The notes: a model not told the origin generated them from the sequence alone. A stretch of 64,000 bases of DNA from Planctomycetota bacterium (GCA_965223545.1 OZ245006.1:6048001-6112000); one strand, 5' to 3'. Numbered from the stretch's first letter, positions 21,010 through 31,029 are shown. Translations and numbers: made by a program.

Positions 21010-22446
21010 ATGAGTATCCTCCGGTCCTGCCTCGCCGCCTCCACCGCGCTGGCTTGCGCATCCTCCCTTTGTGGCCAGCCCACCTGGTCGTTGATCACTT
21101 CGCCGGACGAGATCATCGTGCTGGCCGGCGGCGCGGCCCCCAAGGCGCTGGGCTTCATCGACGACCAGGAGTCGGTGATCGTCACCCCGTCGTTCACGAC
21201 GAGCTACGCCGCGCGGCCTTTCTGGACGCTGACCACGCTCAACGTCATGCACGGCGATGGCGACAACGACGGCGATCTGCCGGACACGTCGCGCATCGGC
21301 GACCTCAACTGCCAGTTCGTGCGCCAGCGGCCACCCCACGCGGTCAGTGGCCCCGTCGATCCCAGCGACGTGTTCATCTCGCACGACTTCACGTCGACGA
21401 CCTTCGTCGCCACCAACACCGGCATCCAGCGCGTCGTCGATGGCGACGTCTACCGGGCCCGCAACGGCACCATCGAGTTCTTCGTCACCGAGGCGCAGCT
21501 GCAGACTGCGTTCGGCGGCGGCGACTTCGACGTCGATGCGCTGGCGCAGGACAGTCAGGGCAACCTCTACCTGAGCTTTCTGACCACGGTCACCATCAAC
21601 GGCACCATCTACAACGATGGCGCCATCCTGCACATCCCGGCGGCCGCCATCACCTATGACGCTGCGGGCCTGGTGTCGGTGATCGCCGCCAACAGCGCGC
21701 AGATCATCGCTGACGAGACCGACGTGGGCACCATGGTGTCGAACGCCGGGGCGATGAACATGACCGGGTCGCTGATCACGTCGATCTCTGATGTCTCCGG
21801 CCTGGAGATCGATCCGGCGGGCGGCACCTGGGTCAGCCCGTTCGGGCAGACGTTTCCCAATCTCCTGTTCTGCTCCAACACCGACGTCAACCTCGACAAC
21901 ATCTGGAGCACGAACGCCGGTGGCCAGCTGGCCGTGATCAACGGCGTGCAGATGGGCTATCAGACCGGGCCCGCCACCGGCTCCGTGCTCGGCATCGGTC
22001 TGCTGCCGTCCAACCAGGACGCGATCAGCGGTCTCGCGCTCGTGCCCGAGCAGCACCACTGGATCGCGATCGACAGCCCGCAGTCCGGCCGCCAGGTGCT
22101 CGGGGTGTTCGACATCGAGGTCGGCCGGTGCCAGCCGGGCTCGGCGGTCGGTCTGTTGTTGTCGATCTGGAACAACGAGATGCCGGGTGGCTGGATCAAC
22201 GGGTTCCCCAGCCCGCGGACCGTGTTCGGCGGCAACGCCCTCATCGAGCTCGACTTGGCGACGCTGTTCGCGCTGCCCGGAATGGTGGCCGACGCGCAGG
22301 GCTATGCGTCGCTGACCTTGCCGGCGCCGGCGACGATCTCGCCGGGGCCGGATCTGCTGCTGCAGGGAGTCGGGTTGCCGTTCAACACCGGCTTTCCCGG
22401 GAGCGTCGGGTTCGCGCTCACCGCGACCAGCAACATCACGTTCTGA
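21010..22446 (+). CDS. Secreted hypothetical protein (beta-rich) with C-terminal appended domain
   Basis: Signal peptide, strong GC3 codon bias, DVDALA and DAISGLAL repeats. Confidence 0.75.
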   Translation: MSILRSCLAASTALACASSLCGQPTWSLITSPDEIIVLAGGAAPKALGFIDDQESVIVTPSFTTSYAARPFWTLTTLNVMHGDGDNDGDLPDTSRIGDLNCQFVRQRPPHAVSGPVDPSDVFISHDFTSTTFVATNTGIQRVVDGDVYRARNGTIEFFVTEAQLQTAFGGGDFDVDALAQDSQGNLYLSFLTTVTINGTIYNDGAILHIPAAAITYDAAGLVSVIAANSAQIIADETDVGTMVSNAGAMNMTGSLITSISDVSGLEIDPAGGTWVSPFGQTFPNLLFCSNTDVNLDNIWSTNAGGQLAVINGVQMGYQTGPATGSVLGIGLLPSNQDAISGLALVPEQHHWIAIDSPQSGRQVLGVFDIEVGRCQPGSAVGLLLSIWNNEMPGGWINGFPSPRTVFGGNALIELDLATLFALPGMVADAQGYASLTLPAPATISPGPDLLLQGVGLPFNTGFPGSVGFALTATSNITF

Positions 22447-22464
22447 GGTGATGGCGACGGGCGG

Positions 22465-24156
22465 GTGAGCGGCGTGTCGTCGGAGGCTTCGGTTGCGAAG
22501 CGGTCGCGCTCTCGCCGGGGGGCGGCGCGCGCTGCCCTCGCCTTCGCTCTGGGGTTGCTCGCACTCGAGCTGATCCTCCAGCTCGGCGCGCTCGCCATCT
22601 GGTGCACCGCCCGGCGCCCGCCCGAAGCGCTGCCCCCAGGCGCGGGGCGCGTCGTGCTCTGCATCGGGGACTCGTTCACCTTCGGGCTGGGGGCATCGAC
22701 AAAGGAGTACTGCTATCCGATGCAGCTCGAGCGAATGCTGAACGCCGCCGGCGAGGACCGTTGGAGCGTCGTCAACGGCGGCTGGCCGTCGCGCACCTCG
22801 CGCGACGTGCTCCTCGAGCTCGACGATCAGCTGCGGCGCTACGCACCCGAGCTGGTCTACGTGTTGGTCGGACACAACGACGCATGGGGCAGTCCGGAGC
22901 TCGTCACCGAGCGGGCGCGCTCGGGCGCCGGATTTCCGCTGCGCTGGCGCACCGGCCGCATGCTCGCGCTGCTGTTCCACGGCCTGCGCGGAGTAGCCGA
23001 CGCTCCGCCACCGTTCGTCGGGCGCTGGCACGACGAGCGTGGGCGTGAGGTCACGTTCGAGGCGAGCGGCCGAATGTACACGGCCGACGACGAGATGCGG
23101 TGGTCGCAAGACCGCGACACACTCGTGCTGGACGCCGCGCACCGCGGCGTGATGCGCGTCGCCTGGCGCCGGGAGGACGACGAGCTCTGGCTGCGCGGGG
23201 GCCCGTGGGTTCCGGAGGTGACGCTCGCGCCGGGCGCGAGTCCGAGAAGGGCCGGCAGCCTCGAGGGCGCACGCAGCGATGTCGCGCACGCGGTGGCGAC
23301 CGGCGAACAGGAGGCCGCCGCCCGCGGCGAGCTGGCAAGGCTCCTGGCTCAGCGAGACCCCGAGCGCGCCCGCGCCGAGCTGGCACGGCTGTCGAAGCTC
23401 GCGAGCGCCGGCGATCCGCAGGCGCGCAACGCGGAGATCCGCGTGCACGCTGCGCTCGGCGACCACGCCGCCGCGCTACGCAAGATGCTCGATCTACTCG
23501 CCACCGCACCGTCGTCGTTTGAGGTTTGGGACCTGCTCGCCGCCGCCGGCACGCGGCCGGAGTACCGCGCCGGAGCGGAGCGCGCGTTGCGCGCTGCCGA
23601 GGTCGTGGCGCGACGAACGGATCGGAAAGCGCTCGGACTCGTGCTCAGTGGTCTGGCAACGGTGGTTCACGAAGACGCCGAGCAGGCAGTGCGCTGGATG
23701 GCGGAGGCCACTCTGCTCGGCAACAGCGACGAGACGCTGCTGTGGCACCTGCGCGGCTTGCGCGGGCGATTGACCCGCGAGGCGTACGTGCGCGCAGTGG
23801 ATGCGGTCGCGCGGGAAGACGGTGACCGCGCGCGGCTATTGCGCATCTGGGATGAGAGCGGCGTCGACCGCAGCGACAGCGTATTCGAGCAACACTTGCA
23901 CGAGATCGTGTCAAGGTGTCGGGTTGCCGGCGCGGAGCCCGTGTTGCTGGACTATCCGGTCGAGCGCGCGAGCATTCAGGCGACCGTGCGTCGTGTGGGC
24001 GAGGCGTTGGGTGTCGGCACGGTCGCGATCCGCGCGGCGTTCGCGGCGCGCGTGGATGGGGTGGAGCAGCTCTTTGCCGGCGATCGGCTGCATTGCAACG
24101 ATGCGGGGTATGAGATCGTCGCGCGCTTGGTGTTCGAGGACGTGCGTTCGCGATGA
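22465..24156 (+). CDS. SGNH/GDSL hydrolase with large helical insertion
   Basis: N-terminal TM, CIGDSFTFG, NGG and VGHND, with DRLH near the C-terminus. Confidence 0.8.
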   Translation: MSGVSSEASVAKRSRSRRGAARAALAFALGLLALELILQLGALAIWCTARRPPEALPPGAGRVVLCIGDSFTFGLGASTKEYCYPMQLERMLNAAGEDRWSVVNGGWPSRTSRDVLLELDDQLRRYAPELVYVLVGHNDAWGSPELVTERARSGAGFPLRWRTGRMLALLFHGLRGVADAPPPFVGRWHDERGREVTFEASGRMYTADDEMRWSQDRDTLVLDAAHRGVMRVAWRREDDELWLRGGPWVPEVTLAPGASPRRAGSLEGARSDVAHAVATGEQEAAARGELARLLAQRDPERARAELARLSKLASAGDPQARNAEIRVHAALGDHAAALRKMLDLLATAPSSFEVWDLLAAAGTRPEYRAGAERALRAAEVVARRTDRKALGLVLSGLATVVHEDAEQAVRWMAEATLLGNSDETLLWHLRGLRGRLTREAYVRAVDAVAREDGDRARLLRIWDESGVDRSDSVFEQHLHEIVSRCRVAGAEPVLLDYPVERASIQATVRRVGEALGVGTVAIRAAFAARVDGVEQLFAGDRLHCNDAGYEIVARLVFEDVRSR

Positions 24157-24390
24157 GTGGCGGAGCTCCGCGTGCGAGCCGATGGTTCTGGACACGACCA
24201 GTGTCGATGGCGCGACCCAGCGAGGCCAGCCAGGTCGTTGCCCTGGGGTGGCAACAACGGCCTTCAGACCGAAGTGATCTAGCTCGCGTTCACCGCGACG
24301 ACGCTGCGTGTTCAGCTACAGTTATCGGATGACATAAACAACTGGGTCGCAGAAGTTTCCACGTAGTCTCAAGACCGTCGGAGGTGAGAC

Positions 24391-24760
24391 ATGGAACCTA
24401 ACACGGTATGCAGTCGTCTTTGCTTGGACTCAGTCGGCACGGACGGCCTCACCCAGGAGGTGAGCCAAGTCGTCGCCCTGCAGGACTCCAACGCTGTGCA
24501 GCTGGAGGTCGTGGTCGTGGCGTTGACGGGCGACTCCATCACCGCACAGCTACAGTTCCTGCGATGGCACCAACTGGTCTGACCATGGCAGGGCGCATGC
24601 GACGTCAGCCGTAGGCCGACGCATGTTCGCCGGCAATGGCTCCGTCGGTGCGGCGAACGCCTGCCTCCTTGATCAAGGCGACGGGGAACGGCAAAGCGAT
24701 CCTCGACGCGCACGTCGCCGTGTCGTCGCAGGGCCGTGCCCGCGCTGTAACAACCGCCCC
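24391..24760 (+). pseudogene. Degenerate small gene, apparently with two frameshifts
   Basis: GGAGGTG RBS and ATG at 24391. Protein-like segments continue across frames: ...ITAQLQF / CDGTNWSD...GAANA / LIKATGNGKAILDAHVAVSSQ. Confidence 0.35.
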
Positions 24761-25186
24761 CATCCTTCGACCTGACATCACGACACGCCCTGTCATCTGC
24801 CGGACCTGCTCGAGTCACGTCGCGTGCTCCTGCGCGATCTAGTCCTCCCACCACTCCGTGGGCGTCAACGCGCCCCGGTCCATCGCACATGTCGGGAGAC
24901 ATCCTCGTCGTACCTGCTGGGGAGATGGCTGTGCCAACGGATGCGCCGGGTTCACCAGAAGCTCCGGAGATCTCGCTCTGTGTTGGCGCCAGCCCAGCGA
25001 CCTTGGACATCGGTGCCGTAGTGCAGCCCGGGGCCATGACGGAGCGACTGGGCCGGCCACCGCGTTTCCACTACGCTTCCGCCCTGCGCTGTGGAACAGT
25101 TCTGGCACGCAGCATGCAAGTTCGTGGCGCCACGTCGAACCGGCCTATCCGCCGGCTGCTTGCGCGGGTAGGACATCGGACAATCA

Positions 25187-25568
25187 ATGGAACAATTCAG
25201 CGAGGTTGCGAAAGCTAGCTTGCTTGTTGCTTGTGAGCATGCGCTGAAGCATGGTCGCACGGAAATCGGGACGCAAGATCTCCTTGTTGGTGTTCTGGAT
25301 GGCGATGCCAACTCCGCAGTCGCGGTTTTGGAAGTGTTGGGCGCTGGCGTCTCTGGCCTGCGGGCCCAGACCGCAGGATCGGCGGCCAATCTCTCTTGGA
25401 GTCAGCGTCAAGCACGCACTGAGTTCTCGGACAATGCGAAGCTCGTGCTTGAAGCAGCAATGCTCTCTGCGGCCAGGCTTCGGCATCGCCCTCTTGAAAC
25501 GGCTCACATCTTGGTTGGCCTACTCAGGCGGGGCGTCGATAACGCCAGGGAGCAACTCTCCGCGCTAG
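25187..25568 (+). pseudogene. Clp N-terminal (Clp_N repeat) domain protein, 5' part, interrupted by IS1634
   Basis: FSEVAKASL...EIGTQDLLVGVL and FSDNAKLVLEAA...LETAHILVGLL. The IS inserts at CTAG 25565-25568. Confidence 0.85.
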
Positions 25569-27557
25569 CCCAACTTCCGCAGTTCGACGGGTCGTCACGT
25601 TGAAAAGCAACGACTTACGTCGATTGGTTGGCACTACATCGCGGTCGAACGGAGTGGCGCGGGGACGGATAGCCTCCTGGGTAGCTGGATGCCGAGCCGG
25701 TCGAGCAGGTGCGCCTGCGCCTCGTTGGGGGTGACCACGCAGCGGACCCGGAGTTCGCGGCCGTCAGTAGTTGGCAGGAGCACGTCTGCGCTTTGGACCT
25801 GACGGAGCTCCTCGAGGATGGCGGCCGGGCTGTTGCCGAGTCCGGCCTTCTCCTGCCAGAGCTCGAGCGTTTTCCACAAGGCGTAGGCGAGGAAGCAGAC
25901 GAGGATGTGCGCCCTGACCCGGTCCTCGCGTTGATGCCACACCGGGCGGATCGACAGCTCGGACTTCTGGATCCGAAACGCGGACTCAGCATCAGTGAGC
26001 TGGATGTACGTCCGCCAAAGCTCCTCATCTGTCCAACCCGTCACGTTGGACCTGAGCAGGTAGCACCCGGCGCTCTGGTCCACCCAGTTCGTGTTCTCAC
26101 AAGCCTCCACGGCAAGCCCCGATGGTCGATCCGGGGCTTCGATCAACGAAACCGAGAAGCACGTGGAGGCCCGCGAGTTCTGGGCCAAGATGCGTCCGAT
26201 CTGTTGATTGACGCGGTCCCGTTCGATCGACTTCTTCGACGCCGCCAGTCGGCGTTCGAGCGACGCAAGCCTCGCGCGAATGCGTTCGGCTGCTCGCGCG
26301 ACAATTGCGGCGTCCTTCTCGATGCGCGCCTGGGAGCGACACAGGATGAACGTCTCCTCCCCGTCCTCGCTCGGGCAGAGCTTGACCTCGACATCCTCAC
26401 GAATGCTGCGCCAGTCTCGACGGTCGACGATCTCCTGTTCGAAGCGGCGCAGGTCCGAACGCGATGCGCCGATGACGTACCGTCGCCTTCCCTCCTTCAA
26501 CCATTTCAGGTTGCGCTTGCTCACCATTCCGCGGTCCATGACCCAGATGCGATCAGCAGCACCGAATCGCCGCTCCATCGTCTCGACGATCTCGCGGACC
26601 GTCGTGACGTCAGTCCGATTGCCGTCGAACACTTCGTGCGCAAGAGGGATTCCCTGTCTGGTCACGACCAGAGCGATGCAAACCTGTTTGCAGTCAGGCC
26701 GGTGATCTCGGCTGTAGCCACGCTGCGCCTGGGGGTTGCCCAGCATGAGGCCTTCGAAGTAGGTCGAGGTCACGTCGTAGAGCAGCAAGTCGTACTGAAC
26801 GTCGAACAACTCGCCGAGCCGTGCGCGGAGATGCTGCTCCAGCGCCTCTTTGTGCGGCAGGATCTGGTCGAGAGCCCGGTAGAGCCGGTCGTCGTTGACC
26901 TTGCCTTCCGGCAGGCCAAGCAGGTCGTCAAGCGCGGTCTGGCGGTACAGGACTTCAGCCAGGTGCAGCTCGCTGGAGGGCATGCACAACCGACAGATGA
27001 CCATCGCTGCCGCCATCGTCGACCACGGGACATCTTCACGGCCCCGCGGCATGAGCTCCCAGAGTGCGTCGTCGAACTTCAGTGCGTGCCACAGCGCCAG
27101 GCCGACGAAAACGTCGCCGAAGCGGCGTGTCCGGTCGAGGCTGACCTCCTTCAAGCGAATCGACTCGACCGGGTCGTCGTCTGTCACCGGTGGCTCAAAC
27201 AGGCTCGGGTGCATTCGGCGACCGGTCATCCGATCTGCCAGCGCACGAGCCCGGCGTCGCCCCTTCGCATCCAGTTTGCCCAGCTGCGCGATCACCTCCT
27301 GCCGCACTCGACGACCGTGCCGCACCGACCGAACGAGGAGCCAGTACTCGTGGGTCTTGCCGTTCTTTCTGACCGTCTTGCGTCGCAGGTACACGTCCGC
27401 CGCCTCGCACACAGTTGTCGTGCTCCCTGCCACACCGATCAACGGGGCGGGTTGGCACTACACGGCCGATCTGCGCCGCCGCGACGGTGGATAGCGGGCT
27501 GGCGCCGCGCCGAGGCTCCGAATTGGCCTCAAAAATCGTCGAGCTGCGGAAGTTGGG
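25569..27557 (-). mobile_element. Complete IS1634-family insertion sequence
   Basis: 21-bp terminal inverted repeats (cccaacttccgcagttcgacg / cgtcgagctgcggaagttggg, 1 mismatch), flanked by CTAG at 25565-25568 and 27558-27561. Confidence 0.92.
25634..27394 (-). CDS. IS1634-family DDE transposase
   Basis: LLYDVTSTYFEG, GYSRDHRPDCKQ, WVMDRGMVS, AESAFRIQKSELSIRPVWH and RVRAHILVCFLAY; GTG start at 27394. Confidence 0.95.
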   Translation of the reverse strand: MYLRRKTVRKNGKTHEYWLLVRSVRHGRRVRQEVIAQLGKLDAKGRRRARALADRMTGRRMHPSLFEPPVTDDDPVESIRLKEVSLDRTRRFGDVFVGLALWHALKFDDALWELMPRGREDVPWSTMAAAMVICRLCMPSSELHLAEVLYRQTALDDLLGLPEGKVNDDRLYRALDQILPHKEALEQHLRARLGELFDVQYDLLLYDVTSTYFEGLMLGNPQAQRGYSRDHRPDCKQVCIALVVTRQGIPLAHEVFDGNRTDVTTVREIVETMERRFGAADRIWVMDRGMVSKRNLKWLKEGRRRYVIGASRSDLRRFEQEIVDRRDWRSIREDVEVKLCPSEDGEETFILCRSQARIEKDAAIVARAAERIRARLASLERRLAASKKSIERDRVNQQIGRILAQNSRASTCFSVSLIEAPDRPSGLAVEACENTNWVDQSAGCYLLRSNVTGWTDEELWRTYIQLTDAESAFRIQKSELSIRPVWHQREDRVRAHILVCFLAYALWKTLELWQEKAGLGNSPAAILEELRQVQSADVLLPTTDGRELRVRCVVTPNEAQAHLLDRLGIQLPRRLSVPAPLRSTAM

Positions 27558-27629
27558 CTAGGAGTCAGCGCCTCGCAGGTTGAGGACGCCATCGGCAAGT
27601 TGAGCCCTACCCAGAGGGAAACCGGGTAG
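27558..27629 (+). pseudogene. Clp_N domain protein, 3' remainder
   Basis: Reads LGVSASQVEDAIGKLSPTQRETG*, in frame with ...EQLSA when the IS and one CTAG are removed. Confidence 0.8.
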
Positions 27630-27862
27630 CGCCTCCGGCGCCCGAATCTCATTGGTCGTCCAGACGATCCGCCGGTCCTTCGCTGCTCTGTCCGCTGTCT
27701 CGACGTCTGGTTCCAGCACCTGTTGTTCGACGCCGGCGGTGCACTCGCCGGATTCGCGCTGTCCAACGGTCTCCGGGTGCAGCTCGGAGCGTGAGAGTCG
27801 CGGACCTCCACTTCGCCCGGCTTGGCCCACCCCGCCGCCCAGTCTCCTCGCAGGAGTCCGCG

Positions 27863-29071
27863 CTACTGGACCTCGATCACCTGCGCATCGCTCAGCATGA
27901 GGGGGAAACCGGTCGACCCCGTCGGCGCCCGGCTCGTCGCCTGCAGCCAGAGGTTCGATCCGGACATTCCGGTGGGCACGGACTGGACCACGGGGCCACC
28001 GGTCAGGTCGGGCACAGCGAAGTAGACGCCGAGGAGCGTCCGGTCGAGTTGCAGGCCCGGGATGTTGCCGAGCGTCGGCGGGGTGCCGGTCGGCAACCAC
28101 TGAAAGTAGACCCCGGCGGGGTAGAGCTCGGTGGAGTCCAGCGGTGAAGTCAGCCGCACGAAGAGGCTGTCGCCCGCGACGGCGGACTTGGTCGAGGTGA
28201 GGGTCGTGATGCTGGTGTTGACCCCGACGCGCAGCTGGAAGTCGCTGTCCGAACCGGGATACGGGCGCACGCTGCGAGGTTGCGATCGGTCGGCGAAGCC
28301 GACCAGGCGTTCCCATTGCGCCTCGCTGATGCCGTCGGCCATGAGGCGGTTCACCAGCGGAGTTGGCACCGCGTAGTCGACGCCGAGGTCTTCGATGCGG
28401 CCGCCGTAGATCTCGATGAAGTACAAGCACGCACACAGCGCCTCGCCCTGGGCGGTCAGGTGGTGCAGGTCGTTGCGGTAGAGCACGAGCGGGTAGCCGG
28501 CCGTGCTGGCCCAGCAGGTCCCTTGCCGTGCCGTTCTGACCGGGGGGCTGGTCGGATGCGCGACGTTGATGGCGTCGGCGGCCCGTGCATACGCCGCCTG
28601 TGGATAGCTGAGCCACGTCGCCGCGTCCGGGAACCACGCGGGGTAGCGGCTGCTGTTGGGGTGGTCGGCGCCGGTTTCGTGGCCGACGAAGAGCCCCTGC
28701 GGACTGTGGCCGAAGAACACGTTGGCCAGCGTCAGCATGTTGTTGTGGAACGCCGCCGGATTGCCGAGGTTTGGCGTCGTCTCGACGGTGCCACCCTGGA
28801 CGATCATCGCGGTCCAGTCTTGGCCAGATGCCAAGGAGTTCGTGATCAAGCCTTGCGCGCCGACGTAGTTGCTGGTCGTGCCATTGCCGATGATGAAGCG
28901 GACGATGTTGGGGGCAGGGGCTCCGGATTCGACCACCAGGTCGGACAGATAGTCCGGTGTGGGGCCATCGATGATGCTGTTGCCGTAGATCAGGATGTTG
29001 TCCTGGGAGGGCAGACAGAAGCCGAGACAAGCGGCTGCCAGAGTCGAGAGCGAGCGGCGCGGAGACTGCAT
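27863..29071 (-). CDS. Secreted SGNH-like (DUF4886-like) protein with C-terminal appended domain
   Basis: Signal peptide, ILIYGNS block I and NDLHH block V-like motif. Confidence 0.7.
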   Translation of the reverse strand: MQSPRRSLSTLAAACLGFCLPSQDNILIYGNSIIDGPTPDYLSDLVVESGAPAPNIVRFIIGNGTTSNYVGAQGLITNSLASGQDWTAMIVQGGTVETTPNLGNPAAFHNNMLTLANVFFGHSPQGLFVGHETGADHPNSSRYPAWFPDAATWLSYPQAAYARAADAINVAHPTSPPVRTARQGTCWASTAGYPLVLYRNDLHHLTAQGEALCACLYFIEIYGGRIEDLGVDYAVPTPLVNRLMADGISEAQWERLVGFADRSQPRSVRPYPGSDSDFQLRVGVNTSITTLTSTKSAVAGDSLFVRLTSPLDSTELYPAGVYFQWLPTGTPPTLGNIPGLQLDRTLLGVYFAVPDLTGGPVVQSVPTGMSGSNLWLQATSRAPTGSTGFPLMLSDAQVIEVQ

Positions 29072-29380
29072 GCACGTGGTGCGCCCGCGCGTTTCGCGAA
29101 AGTTTCAGAAAGCGCGCACCAGGCGGCGGGCGATCCCGAGCCGTTCGACGCAATCGAGGCCGGTCTTCAGGGTCCTGGCTGACCCTGGAGACGGCCATGG
29201 CTGCTGACCTTTCGAAAGGCCCGTCGTCGCCGGGACTTCGATACCGCAGCTCCCGGAGGCTCGAAGACAACACCGGCCTCTGGGCTCAGCGCGGCCGCCG
29301 GCGACCGCGGGACCCGCGACCGACGCTCGGGTCGCGGAATGCTTCGTGTTTGGTTGCGGCCTCGGCCGCGCTGAGTCGAA

Positions 29381-29457
29381 TGGTGGGCCGTGCTGGACTC
29401 GAACCAGCGACTTCCACCTTGTGACGATGGCACTCTAGCCAACTGAGTTAACGGCCC
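29381..29457 (-). tRNA. tRNA-Val(CAC)
   Basis: GGGCCGTTAACTCAGTTGGCTAGAGTGCCATCGTCACAAGGTGGAAGTCGCTGGTTCGAGTCCAGCACGGCCCACCA folds into a cloverleaf with a TTCGA T-loop, anticodon CAC and encoded CCA. Confidence 0.95.
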
Positions 29458-29971
29458 GGTGAGCGGCGCAAGCTAGCGCCTGCCGGCCCGGCGATCAAGC
29501 CCGCGGCAGCCTGGTCGAGCGGCTCGCTTGACAGCTCGTGGCGGCAGTCTTGACGCTGGAGGTCACGGCGCCACACGCGCACGTGCGGAACGGCACGTTT
29601 GCTTCGACCACCAGCAGGCGTGCGGGTCGGTTTCCGGCGCGTTGGCCAGGCGCGCAGGAGGTCTGTCGTGGCCGAGCCGAACATCCGGCTGGCGTCATCG
29701 CTCAGTCCTGGGCCAGAGTCCCGGTGTGGCGCGTCCGGCGATCGTGGAGCTGATCGAGGCGATCGCGAGGCGGTAGGCCGGTCCACGCTCGAGCGGGAGT
29801 GCCGGCGGCTCGCGAGCAAAGAGCCACCGAACGTGCCGCAGGGGTTGGATGGCGTCGAGGTCGTCCGCGTCCTGTTCGTCTCGGCGCGCGCCAAGGGTGC
29901 GCCGTCGAAGTGCAATGGCGTCCTCGTGGTGGATGCGTCCGTGGTCATGCGCTGACAGACCAGCCATCCAC

Positions 29972-30034
29972 CGGCCGCGGTCGCAGGTCATCGCGCTGCG
30001 CTTCTTCGCCGGACTCTCGATCGAGGAGGCGACA
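29972..30034 (+). pseudogene. Remnant of an ECF sigma factor region 4
   Basis: SQVIALRFFAGLSIEEA resembles the LRFFAGLS.EE motif of ECF sigma factors. No intact upstream ORF. Confidence 0.5.
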
Positions 30035-30063
30035 AACGGCGATCGGCGTCAGCGTGAGCTTGC

Positions 30064-31029
30064 TCACGCGCCCGCGTCGGCAGTCTCGATCGTCGGTGGC
30101 ACGGCGCCCACCGCGCACGTGCCGACGGTGCGCGTCGTCGCCTGCTGGCCGGCGCCGGCGAACGCGTCGACCATGGCGTTGGCGATCGCCTCGCAGCGGT
30201 CGCCGTCGGTCGTCAGCGCGACCAAGGCGGGGCCGTGGCCGGAGATCGTGACCCCGGCGGCACCCGCGTCGCGGCCGGCGGCGAGGCAGGTGTCGAGGCC
30301 GGGGATCAGGCGGCGGCGGAACGGCACGTGCACTTCGTCCACCAGCCAGGCGTGCAGGTCGGTCTCGTCTGCCGTGGCCAAAGCGCGCAGCAGGCCGAGG
30401 ATGCGGCCGGCGGTGCGCGGCGTGACGCCGTGCGGCAGAGTGGGCGGCAGCACCCGGCGCGAGTCGGCGGTGGCGAGCCGCAGCTCGGGGCACACCAGGA
30501 CCACGCGCCAGTCGGCGTGGATCGGGTGCGGCTGCAGCTGGTAGCGCGGCTCGCTGGTCGTGCTGTGCGGGCCGTGCACCTGGCACGCGGCGGTGAGGCC
30601 GCCGTGCAGCGCGGCGGCGGCGTGCGCCGGGTCGGCGCCGAGCGAGATCGCCAGCTGTAGGAGCTCGTCGGGTACGGGGGGCTTCTTGGCAAACCGCGCC
30701 GCCACGCCGACGCCGGCGGCGTACTCGGCGGTCTGCGTGCCGAAACCGGCGCCATAGGGGACGTTGGTGTCGTAGCGGATCGTCAGGTGCTGCGGCAGCT
30801 TGAGGTCGAGCTGCTGGGTGGCGGCCGCCAGGCCGCGCAGCACGGCGTCGTGGCGCGGATCGAGGGCGCGCGCCTCGGCGGTGCCGTGCCGCTCGATGCG
30901 GTGGCCGCCCTCCGACTCGGTGCGCACCACGACGTGCGCGAGCAGGTCGAGTGCGACCGCGAGGACGCCGAACCCGGGACCCAGGTGGGCGCTGGTCGCG
31001 GGCACGGAGAATCGCAGCTCGTCACTCAC
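30064..31029 (-). CDS. thrB: Homoserine kinase-like GHMP kinase (divergent motifs)
   Basis: VPATSAHLGPGF, ATADSRRVLP, DEVHVPFRRRLIPG and ISGHGP. Confidence 0.7.
   Translation of the reverse strand: MSDELRFSVPATSAHLGPGFGVLAVALDLLAHVVVRTESEGGHRIERHGTAEARALDPRHDAVLRGLAAATQQLDLKLPQHLTIRYDTNVPYGAGFGTQTAEYAAGVGVAARFAKKPPVPDELLQLAISLGADPAHAAAALHGGLTAACQVHGPHSTTSEPRYQLQPHPIHADWRVVLVCPELRLATADSRRVLPPTLPHGVTPRTAGRILGLLRALATADETDLHAWLVDEVHVPFRRRLIPGLDTCLAAGRDAGAAGVTISGHGPALVALTTDGDRCEAIANAMVDAFAGAGQQATTRTVGTCAVGAVPPTIETADAGA

Noticed and set aside
24181..24205. Possible att duplication of the tRNA-Val 3' end (ctggacacgaccag versus ctggactcgaaccag)
   Set aside because: The match is short and gapped, lacks the CCA end, and there is no integrase.
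24889..25218. 109-aa ORF upstream of the Clp-N gene
   Set aside because: No RBS, motif or codon-bias support.
27630..27860. Possible HTH remnant (HPETVGQRESG) on the minus strand
   Set aside because: Too short, with no credible start or supporting motif.
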